Assembly: GCA_023515725.1 (NCBI GenBank)
Contig: JALDTO010000098.1
Location: 1,328,164-1,392,163 of the forward strand
Reading direction: 5' to 3'
DNA from: Amoeboaphelidium protococcarum X5
Lineage: Eukaryota > Fungi > Aphelidiomycota
Length of the DNA: 64,000 bases
In this document: positions 53,746 through 64,000 of the stretch, one piece after another
Numbering within the stretch: the first letter of the stretch is position 1
Layout: every line of letters begins with the position of its first letter
Notes under the pieces: model-generated
What the model was told of the DNA's origin: nothing
The model's database searches: none
What the model saw: only the letters and a program-made list of their open reading frames with translations
Translations under genes and position numbers: made by a program

Positions 53746-55803
53746 ATGAGTTCTACTCCGTCAACTCAAAATGAGAGCAACACCACTAATATTATAATTA
53801 CTTCGATCGCTGTCGTGGTGATTGTCGTTGTCGTGGTGCTTGCATGTCTGTATAAATTTAAGCGAATTGGAAGAGCGACGTAAGCTCGAACACAGTCCTC
53901 AGTCAACAACGGCTCTTAATCAGGAATGAAAGATTTGTAATAATAGGGTGGTAAAAGTAATGTCGGAAAAATATTAAAGTCTCATGCATCCCTTAATCAT
54001 CAGGATGATCAATAATCAAATGGGAGTGGAGGGCTTAATCAGTAGTAATCCGGTGCTTAACAACCGATGAAACATCCGTTGCCTCAGATGAAACAGTAAA
54101 TGCCGGACGCGCTATCGATCAGTAAAGCACTGGGAAATAGTTATTAGAAGTTGCTAGTTGGTCCTCAGTTTACTGAGCAGTAATAATAATAACAGTAGTA
54201 ATAGTTGTAGTAAATTACAAAATCGTAGAAATTTAAGCAATCTGATAGCAATTTGGCACAGTCGAAGAAATCGAGCTAGCATTCCGCTGGTCGTGAAGTG
54301 ATATCTGCTAATAGTATAGTTGGAGGACCGGACATGCCTGTACCTCCGCCGCGAATGGGTTCTAATAATGGAACGCTTAGGCCCAAGAATGCAAAGAATA
54401 GCTCGCTTCAGCAGGTGTACACATCAACTCACTCTATCGATGGCGGAGGAGGAGGAGGAGGTGGTGGAAGTAGCGATATTCCGTCAGAGAAAAGCCAAAG
54501 TTAGGCATCAACGCAATTTTATAAAAGTCCCAATGGCTAAGCGGTGACTGCGATGGCTCAGAAACCGATCGCCGTGGATCTGAGCGATGCCCCGAAAACT
54601 TCGTTAGAGATCCGCAAAGCTAAAGGAATGACTAGCCGTTTCATGTTTGGGAATCTGCCCGATTCGTCTGTTGTTGGTGGTGATCAAACAAACACACGCT
54701 CTGTAAATCCAATCTTTAATACTAACGATTTTACTAATGATATGTCATAGTTTACCATAATGTCAAATATCCTATCTGGCTATCAAACAACGTTTAGAGA
54801 TGACGAGGAGACTGTGATAAACTCGGCTATGCCGTTTGCTATCCCGGCAGATCGCTTGATGACTAAAGGATTAGATTATCAACTTGGCAATGTCGTCGCC
54901 AAAGGTGGAACTTCTACTATATATATGGCTGAATTGTCTCCGCAAAATGCAGCGCTGTAATCTCAGTGTAGATGGGGAGTTGTGGCTAAGGTGATCCAGG
55001 AAAGTGATCTGATGCAGTAAGATGATATCTTTAATCAAGAACTGGCGATAATGAGCGATCTGGCTAATCATCAGAATTTTGTCAAACTCCTAGGCTTCTC
55101 ACACTCTCCAAAATGCATCCTAATGCCTTATTATAAATTTGGTAGTTTGAAAGATCTTATCAATAAAACTGGTGCTGAAATTAAGTTGTCAGATCAAGAT
55201 TGGAACATGTATTTTATGCGGGCTGTTCTTTTGGATATTGCCTCTGCAGTCAGTCATTTGCATTCAAAGAAGATTTCACATAATGATTTGAAGCCTGAGA
55301 ATATTCTGCTTGATTTGATGCCTAATAACTCGCTGATCTGCCTCTTGGCTGATTTCAGTATCTCCACCATCACCTCTGATGATAGAATGGGTGTAAAAGC
55401 GATGAAAAAGTCTCAAATTGCCGGCTTGTCAATGGCGTATGCTGCACCCGAGTATGTTAAAGCCTTCTTTGAGTATAAAAAAATTTTGAAGACTAATCCT
55501 AACGCGGATATGGTACCGGTTCAGGCACCTTTACACTCTCGCGATTCATACGCTTATGGAATATCTTGCTATGAGATTATATGTCGCGGTAAAGCTTATG
55601 ATGGTCTGACGAGAGATGATATTCGTCACGTTGTGTAGCGTGGTTAGCGGCCTCTATTCCCGGACTCCATATTGAATTTGAGAATGTCTGATCGCAACTG
55701 GGGCCTGCTGTGTAATATCTGCGAATCGTGCTGGTCCTCAGACATGAACTTTAGATTGACAATGGAAGATGTTATCCGGCGTTTACTTTCAATTAAACTA
55801 TGA
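53746..55803 (+). CDS. Single-pass receptor-like protein kinase (TKL-like) with a minimal ectodomain
   Basis: TM IIITSIAVVVIVVVVVLACLY after about 15 residues, Q-rich linker, kinase motifs VAKGGTSTIY, VVAKV, HNDLKPEN, DFS, YAAPE, DSYAYGI. Confidence 0.88.
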
Positions 55804-55945
55804 GAATGTATGAGATATCATATTATAGACGTTTTTTAGGTTGTAAGTATTATATAGATTGTGTCATTTTTATGAAAAACTTTTGTATCTCTTACTTGAG
55901 CTCTCTAATTCTCCTTTTCAATTCAATCAAGTATTCAGTACTTGC

Positions 55946-57219
55946 ATGCGACTGAACATGTATCGCCGCATAAGGTACGCAAGTTTTTCCACTATCACCC
56001 ATCAATATTTATTCATATTTTATATGTAGAAATTTCTCCGTAGTTCTTGGAAGCGGATTTGCCGCTGGTTATTGGGCGAATAGTGTTCAAAGACAATCAG
56101 AGTAATCAGCTCGGGCGCCTCAAATCACCACCACCACTACATAGGGTAGATTGTAAGATGAACAAATATAGAAACCCAATTAGGGAGCCAAGTCTCTATA
56201 ACTTCCAGATATTGACTTTAATGACTAAAAGGTAAATGACGAAAGTATACAGAATCTGAATATGAAGAAATGATCATATTTGATGCGTGTAGCTACCAAT
56301 GAGAGATCGAATGTAAAGTTATGTAAAGTCGCTGTAAAAATCGATTGTAACTGAACTTGAGCATATTGATGGCAGTCAATTTCAAGTAGATCAATGGAAG
56401 CGCGAACTTGGTGGTGGAGGCACCAGTTGTGTCCTTTAAAATGGAAATGTATTTGAAAAGGCTGGCGTTAATGTTAGCGTAGTGTATGGTAAATTGTCTC
56501 CCGAGACTGCAAAGTAAATGCGCGCAAGAGGTAAGAACTTGGACTTGAAGGCTGATCAAAAGTTCTTCGCCACTGGTGTATCAATGGTCTTACATCCTCA
56601 TAATCCTTATGCACCAACTACTCATTTAAACTATCGCTACTTTGAAGTTGAAGATGCAGATGGACGGCCAATGCTGTGGTGGTTCGGTGGCGGATGCGAT
56701 CTCAGTCCGTCTTATTACTTTGAAGATGATGTAAAACATTTCCATTAAACTTACAAGGACGCGTGCGATAAGCATGATAAGAGCTACTATGCGCGATTCA
56801 AAGATTGGTGTGACAAGTACTTTTACATCAAACATCGTGAGGAGATGAGAGGTGTAGGTGGTATATTCTTTGATGATCTGGACGACAAGTCCCCAGAAGA
56901 GTTATTCGCATTTGTAAGAAGCTGTGGTGACGCGTTCATCTAGTCGTATGTGCCTATTCTCGAGAGAAGACGTAGTATGCAGTATACTGACCGTGAGAAG
57001 CAATGGCAGCAATTGCGAAGGGGGCGGTACGTGGAATTTAATCTCGTTTATGATAGAGGTACAAAATTTGGCCTGGCAACTCCTGGTTCGCGCATAGAGT
57101 CTATTCTTATGAGCCTGCCGCTGACTGCCAGATGGGAATATTGTCACGAGGTTGAACCCGATTCGCCTGAAGCTCAGCTGCTTGAAGTGACTCGCAATCC
57201 TGGTACTTATGCCTCTTGA
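55946..57219 (+). CDS. HEM13: Coproporphyrinogen III oxidase (aerobic); introns 55975-56029 and 56232-56292
   Basis: [69 protein letters not shown]. Two GT...TGTAG introns join an N-terminal leader. The catalytic core begins near ATG 56299. Confidence 0.93.
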
Positions 57220-57523
57220 TTTGCACCATCAATATTACAATTGATCAATATATGCCAAGACTATATTTTTTATTTCCTACGTGCCATAAAACATAGAATA
57301 TAGCATGCTTAGATACAATTACTATGCGAGTGTTTAATCGTTGTTTACTTGTGCTACCATCCTAGTCTGGGCAACTTGACGATTGACCAATCGGAGCGTT
57401 TCTAATGACCAGATTGTCTTGTGACCTCTGCTCCTAATTATCCCGCCACTCTTCTCTTCTTTTAAAATTCCTTTAATTACTACTAGTAAGGATCTGATAC
57501 TCAAATAGCATAGCGAAAATCAT

Positions 57524-57748
57524 ATGGATAAAGGATAAAAGCTCAGAGTAAGCACGTAATTAGTGACCAGACAGTAATCAACGTTCGCGTCGAAACAACA
57601 GCTCTCACCTTCTCAGTAATAATAATAATAACAATCTGCTTCTAGTCCATCTGCAGTAGGTGGGTAAACTGCATCTGAATTTAGTTCATGGACGCGTAAT
57701 TTGGAAAAGAAAATGTATGACTATTTGAATAATGCATACGATGTATGA
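57524..57748 (+). CDS. Orphan 74-aa Gln-rich small ORF
   Basis: MDKGQKLRVSTQLVTRQQSTFASKQQLSPSQQQQQQQSASSPSAVGGQTASEFSSWTRNLEKKMYDYLNNAYDV; an in-frame (TAA)5 run suggests coding in this genetic code. Confidence 0.45.
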
Positions 57749-57830
57749 TAAATGTGTGTCGAATACATGTAAATTCCTTGATTTTCGAATTTTTTATCTT
57801 TGATACTACAAGTGTTGACTGTGCTGATAA

Positions 57831-58823
57831 ATGGCTTCCACCGATGAAGTAAATCTTATTAAAGCGGCCATTAATAGAGACTAGTAGTAAGATGATGAAG
57901 AGGAGTATCAGAATTATGTAGAAGCATTATTGAGAGATAATGGGAATGATCATGAGGATTTTGATGATCAATTGCCGGTAGCAATCTAAAGCGAGATGGT
58001 ACGCTCATATCCAGTGACGCTGATTGAGAAGATTACCAGGGAGCGGATATTTGAGTCTATTTTCTGGAAGTAATACTTATCATCGATAGAAGAAATAGAC
58101 GCTGCGTCAATACTCGAGCTTATTATGGATCATGTGCAATATATTTCCGGCCTCTATGGTGGATTGTTGCAAGTGTCGCCATTCATCGCGCTGGTTTTAA
58201 AAGCGATTGCCCTTGGAATTGAGAAGGAGATTCTATTAATTTATATTGCCTAGAAAGAGTTTAAATATATTCGCGCTTTTGGTGCATTTATATTGCGGCT
58301 AGTGCTCCCAGCGGTAGAGGTATATACATGTCTTGAGCAGTTACTTGCGGATTATAGAAAGTTGCGGGTGAGAAATCACGATGGATCATTCACCATAATA
58401 CATATGGATGAGTTTATAGAGTAGCTATTGACGCAAGAACGCGTCTGTGGAGTTATTCTGCCTCGTATTATAAAGCGCTAGTAGCTGGTATAGATTAGAC
58501 AACTGCAGCCACGATAGTCACCTTTGAATGAAGATGATAGTCTATCTCTGAATGATTAAGAAAGGTCTGGTGTTAACGCTTCTATCAAAACATCCTCCAG
58601 GGAATCAAAAGACACATTTATTCTAGATAGAGGAGGCAAATTAAAGTTGAAGCAAAAGAAACCCAGAGTAGAAGAAATTAGCGAATAGCATGCTGTATAA
58701 GAAATCACGCCGACGGCAGTGGTAGTCCAATCAAGTTCCACCTAGTTTAAATCTCAACTCTCACTCTCTGTAGAAGATATGAACAAATTACGCGCGTCAC
58801 TTGGACTGCCTCCACTTAAATGA
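57831..58823 (+). CDS. PRP38: Pre-mRNA splicing factor Prp38 (PRPF38A type) with a C-terminal HIND-like motif
   Basis: LIEKITRERIFESIFWK, EFKYIRAFGAFILRL, DYRKLRVR, HMDEFIEQLL..ERVCGVILPR; ends SLSVEDMNKLRASLGLPPLK. Confidence 0.92.
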
Positions 58824-58865
58824 AGACGCTTTACGTGCCTCTGTATTAATAATAAAGTCTAATAA

Positions 58866-59471
58866 TCATTTATTTATCACTGTTAAATCTAAGGATTCCT
58901 CTGGTAGCGAGTACTTGTACTTATTGTCAAGCATCTTCTTCCACTCTTGAGCGTATTTGTTGTATTCGCTCTTCAATTACGGCGCCACTGACTACTTCTA
59001 CTACTAACCGGAAGCCTTATTCAATTTACTCTATAGCATCTACTTGAATTGGACAGATACACTGCCCGCTCCACCCAAATCTTCATCTTCCGTCAATAGA
59101 AAATATTCATCCAGGCCACCTTTGCGATCAATCTCGCGTAATGCCGCGGATGATATCTTGAATCGCACCCATCTCTGCAGTATCACACTCCACAGCTTCT
59201 TATCAATCACATTGCATTATTTGGGAGAAGGGGCGAGGGATGTATAATACCATCCAGCAGTGCTCTAGTCGATATCATCAGAGTCTTGAATTTCGCTTAC
59301 AGCAGCCTTGTCAATCCTGTCAATATCATTCGTTAGGCGATTGTATCGTCCATACATGACCGCGTTCTTTTAGTACCATGTGGGAGGAGTGGTGCGCATT
59401 GGCCTTCTATTTCTTAACGCGTAAAGAGCATTGGAACTAGATAAATATCGCTGAGCTACACGAAAATTCAT
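58866..59471 (-). CDS. Mitochondrial ribosomal protein bL28m (Mrpl24-like)
   Basis: Presequence; NVIDKKLWSVILQRWVRFKISSAALREIDRKGGLDEYFLLT. Confidence 0.8.
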
Positions 59472-59579
59472 CGTTATACGCGTAACTTTGTGCTTAATCG
59501 CTGTAATCAATAAGATGGAATAATCCGTAAAAAGAGGAACTTTCAAAAATTGTCTTTATTAAAACATTCCTTAAAGACA

Positions 59580-60979
59580 TCATTCAGCGGTTCTGGCTTT
59601 TTGTAATATGTTAGAAAGCTCCTACAAAAATCGCGGTACTTTCTAAGCATAAGTCTAAAACATGTGCTATTTGATGGGATCCAACTTGCTCTCTATAACA
59701 ATCTACTCTGACGGGCTCTATATATACTACCGCAGCACATATTTGCTGTTTAAAATAATGTCGCGATTGAGCATAAACTCGACTATCCTGTAATCATTAT
59801 TATGCGCAGCACTTAGTGACTACAATTCGTTGGCATAAGCAACATTGCCAGTGAAAGGCGAGCCCAGTTTAATGCATTTCACCCGCGGTATGGATATCTA
59901 GGAATCCCCGTTAAAAGGCAAGTAATTATCAGCAAATCCAAAAACATCAGCATCGTTATGAAATAGTGTTTAGTAATGTGATAGCACGTAAGCGGATAGC
60001 ATTTCAGCATAAACACCTCCAGAAGAGTGACCAAAGAAAGTCAACGATCTCACAGCATAGCCTTTCTATTCGGCCATGTCTAGTGCCTTCTTTAATCCTA
60101 TTACAATTTCAGGTATAAGAAGTTTCATAGTCTAGGCATAACCAGCGTGTATTGCTATACCTTCCGTCGAGGGAGACTTGAACAGAAATGAACCATCCGT
60201 GAGCGCAAAGTTTCGATTAGTGAACCAGTTAATATTACTCTTCATCTTGGTACCTGGTATAGTAACAGCCACGTCAAAGACGCGTTATAATCCATCAGAA
60301 TCTTAGTCATCTAAAAGTGCCATTGAGATTAAAGCATCCACGTCGAATCGATCAATTCTAATTGAATGTACAATTTCGTACTCTGGGTCTTATTATTCTC
60401 CTCTATATCTATCATAATTGAACTCAAAATCCTTACCAAGTCGCTCTGCTTCATAAGTCATTCGTAAATACGCCATCATCTAATGCATAAACAATGGATC
60501 GCTCAGCCAGCTGTTCGATATTGAATTGAAATCTGTTGGTGGAAGTGAGATTCCCACACTATTAGCCATCGCTTTTAAATTCGGCAATTACAGATTAGGA
60601 ATCTTCCATGGTGGCGGCGGCGGTTAGGCACTGACAGCGCGGATATCATCATAATCAGCACGGTAAGATTCCACACGTGTCCTTGATGAAGGAGCCTGTA
60701 CTTTAGCCACACCTGACTCTGATTGTGGCACACCTAGCGGCTTTACAGGCCGAAGCGGCGCTGGAATCAATCGATTATGATTCTGTGATTGCGCACCCAT
60801 TACATTCTCCTACTATTACTATCCTAAGCCTCTAAAAAACTATGGAAAAGCCTACACTCCATACTAAGCAGATTCTACACAGGTAATTACTCACATAGTC
60901 AGTCAAGAGTTTAATGAGCTAAAGCATTACCTTGAAGTGCGATAGTGCCAGCTATCAGCTTGTCGAAGGGGATCCTCAT
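59580..60979 (-). CDS. Class 3 lipase with Pro/Gln-rich N-terminal extension; intron 60875-60930
   Basis: VAVTIPGT...NWFTN, IHAGYAQT, FFGHSSGG nucleophile elbow, KLGSPFTGN; intron GTAATG...TGTAG. Confidence 0.82.
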
Positions 60980-61322
60980 AGTGTTGAATATACTTATCCG
61001 ATCTATAGATCAATCAATCGAGCCGTTTCAGCGCGATGGCGAGAAAAAACTTTAAGGCGGACCGTTGGGCGTCACGATCATGCGACTGTTAAACACACGT
61101 TTCTGAACACGCATGGCCTTTATAGATGGTATCAACAGTTTTTTTATTAAATAATATAAATGAAGTCTTACACTCTCTATACAGATGTAATCCGCATTTT
61201 GGCAGTTATTAGCTGGAAGTATTTTAATAATAACGAGAACTGATTCTGAGCATTACCGAATCTGACCGCGACTACATCACTTTCGGTGGCGTTTCTTCCA
61301 TCTCTCCAGCTGATTAACAACA

Positions 61323-62783
61323 ATGAAACGCGTCGCAATTCTTGGTGGTGGTATCTCTGGTCTGTCAAGTGCACTATTTCTCGCTATTAAGAATCCAAAC
61401 ATTAAAGTTACTCTTATTGAAAAGTCGAGTAGTGCTGGTGGATGGCTGAGGAGTATACGCAAAGATGGATATCTATTCGAGTTGGGTTCTCGCTCAATGA
61501 GCCCGAAAGACGCAAACGTCACCGCTGTGGCTCGATTGCTGCATCTTTGCGATGCTGACAAGGAACTTATCTACATTCCCAAAGACTCGGAAGTTAATAG
61601 AAACAAATACCTTTATCACGATGGATCTATATAGCGAGTCTCTACTAATCCAATATTTGTTTTACTTAATCCTTTAACGCGATCATTAATCCCTGGTGTT
61701 ATAAATGATGTCATTAAACGCAGCAGACGGACCCATTAACAAGCTGATGACGAGTCAATAAGAGATTTCTTTGCGCGTAGATTTAATACTCAGATTGCTG
61801 ACAATATAATGAGTGCTTTCATATATGGTGTGTACGGTGGAGATATATCTAGATGGAGTATGATGTCACAGTTTAAGAAAATGGTTGATTTAGAGAGAAA
61901 ATACGGCTCTGTAGCTTTGGGATCGATTCTGTAGTAATTTGTGAAATCTTCATCTACTCCACAATTGTAACAATAATAATAATAATCAAAGATTGCTCCA
62001 CTGCTTAAAGTGTTAAAGAATGGAACTTTCTTCACATTCAATGATGGTATGAGTGTTCTTCCTTCCAAGATAATGGATAAGCTGAATTCATTAAACAATG
62101 TTGAAGTAATGACTAATTGCACTGTAAATTCTATACAAGCTGACTAGTAACATGTAGCCGTCTCTACGTTATGTGCCTATACTGAGAAGTTTGACCATGT
62201 TATATCCACATTACCTGCTTATGCTCTGGCTGATATACTCGGGTCAGTTTAGGACCAAGTGTTACGCGACCAATTGCGATCTATCGAGTATTGTACGTTT
62301 GCGCCTGTGAATATAGTTTGGCGACGCAGGATAGAACTTCCTCTTAGACCTTCTATTGGCGTTCTCTTCCCATACAATGCTGGACTTCCTGTCACTGGTG
62401 TCATCATTGACACGTTCCCATTTCCTCATAGACAGCCAGCAAATAGTACAGTAATGACCGTGATGGTTGGAGGGTAGCATTTCAGTGGCACATTTGGTGA
62501 TAGTCCGTAGACTGCTGACATTATCAACTATGCTCTCAGATTTGTGCGAGATAAATTCAAGATTGATGATATCCAGCCTGACATTGTAGAATGCCATATT
62601 AACCATAAATGCATGCCGTAGTATCACGTTGGGCATTCAGATAAAGTTTAAATGATTAGATAGTCAATCGACTCTAAATTTAATGGTGGAATGTCCATCA
62701 CTGGTGCATCCTTTGATGGAATTGGAATTCCTGATTGTATCAATAATGCTTACAATCTATCATAGAATTTAACGAAACAGTGA
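61323..62783 (+). CDS. HEM14: Protoporphyrinogen oxidase
   Basis: VAILGGGISGLS..., GGWLRS, FELGSRS, DESIRDFFARRF, GVYGGD, CMPQYHVGH, GASFDGIGIPDCI. Confidence 0.94.
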
Positions 62784-62823
62784 AAATGTATGAATAATAA
62801 AACTATTTAATCAAGTATGGTTG

Positions 62824-63990
62824 TCATGTAAACTTATCAAAGATGGACATATCAATATGGCAATCTTTCAAAGCCACCCTGCACCCATCACAAACTTGAT
62901 CAGATGATGATTAATCTTCAACAATATACACTACAGGAAGTGAACAAAAGTCGCATATCCGCCCATCACCCTTTGAATGAAGTTTTTTAGACGTTCTAAT
63001 TATAGTTGGAACTGTGGAAACAAATTCAGAATTGAGGCCACTGATGAACTGATCCACCAACTGATCGATACTCATCAGTTCAAATGACTGCGGAATAGGA
63101 CTTAGCTTTACAATAGCAGGGAGATTCTATACTCTGCAGCAAATCTCCACTTCATTCTAGACCATATCACATATAGGACGAAGAATGCAAAGCTATTTAG
63201 ACTCCGCATTCGTGTCCTTAGCATCATACTTATCATTATCCTTATAAAGAGGAACGGTGATGTTATGGCGCGTCTTGAATGGAATCTAATCTGCACAGCC
63301 TTTCGCGACTAATGAGATAACTTTTTAAGCCAATATATCAGCAGTGTCAGGATAACATAGAAATTGTATATCATTAACGCTGCACTCCCTGAGATGGATT
63401 CTGTACTTTAAATTATCTTCCAAATCTTAAGTTCCAGTGGGAGAAGACGCCAAATCGAAAATATCAGTGCTCAAATTACCATGATGCATCAACTGCGATT
63501 CCATCTAAATAACACGACTTTCGATGTTGATATTCGAGTATTTCAATTGAATAGACTTAAAATATTCTTAAACTGTAGATGCATCTATCGCGCTTGAATC
63601 CCTATAACCATTATACACGTACATCAGCAGCATCTTTTCAATAAACCGTTTCTATGATTGAGAATGCAATCTGCTAAAGTGTTCACATAGCAGATGGACA
63701 AGCAGCGAAGATTACAAGTCACCATAAAATACCACAGCGATACTTATCAAACGGTCGATACCTCTAAACAGCTGCATATTAGACTTGTACTTTATCCTCG
63801 CGTTAGATATCACGCAATCCTAGCACCAGAAATCATGCTTAACCTTGTGAATACCATCTGCAGTTTTACACTTTACGCATTTCAGCTATTTTGATCCTGT
63901 CTATGAGTCATCACTTTAATTTAAACCAATTTTCGCCTTCAAATGAGGATCCAGATGAAGATCTTCAATCTATTGTAGCTCTTCCACCAT
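62824..63990 (-). CDS. CTU2: Cytoplasmic tRNA 2-thiolation protein 2 (Ncs2/CTU2)
   Basis: CVKCK...WCQDC, LAQKVISLVAKG, LRPICD, FVSTVPTIIRTSKKL, CDFCSLP...VCDGC. Confidence 0.8.
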
Positions 63991-64000
63991 TATATGGGAA

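Noticed and set aside
57743-57812. Intron joining the 74-aa ORF to PRP38
   Set aside because: The candidate acceptor is CAAG rather than the TGTAG seen in the other introns, and the join hits a TGA.
1-64000. Reading the many short ORFs as pseudogenes or sequencing errors
   Set aside because: The interruptions are only TAA/TAG, fall at Gln positions, and the fragments join in single frames ending in TGA.

Overview
Gene-dense, intron-poor eukaryotic nuclear DNA that uses a non-standard genetic code: TAA and TAG read as Gln and TGA is the only stop (translation table 6). The supplied standard-code ORF track therefore fragments nearly every gene. Re-read with TAA/TAG=Q, the window holds about 33 protein genes with fungus/opisthokont-like sequences. 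They include CYFIP/Sra1, a Gos1-like SNARE, NAP1/SET, MAEA/Fyv10, a SET3-like PHD protein, EMC7, NBP35, an E2 enzyme, an M1 aminopeptidase, Msd1/SSX2IP, CWF19L1, trypsin, an intact intronless TERT, VPS15, WDR74/Nsa1, asparaginase-ankyrin, COX11, EFR3, SCAI, NFU1, PUDP, RGP1, a single-pass kinase, CPOX, PRP38, bL28m, a class 3 lipase, PPOX and CTU2. Code plus gene content best fit an aphelid such as Amoeboaphelidium protococcarum (inference). Main oddities: (1) a 2.4 kb gene-free island at about 9.3-11.8 kb holding a Ty3/Gypsy RT relic written in the host code, next to three diverged ~180-bp tandem repeats with helically phased CGG-N10-CCG palindromes; (2) all nine confidently reconstructed introns (55-76 nt) end in TGTAG; (3) a spliced 48-aa PIGBOS1-like microprotein; (4) a HIND-like motif on Prp38; (5) frequent tandem TGA-TGA stops; (6) a second, decayed-ORF island at about 21.9-24.4 kb. 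No tRNA, rRNA, CRISPR array or convincing telomerase RNA was found. All translations were done by eye, and family calls rest on remembered motifs, not database searches.
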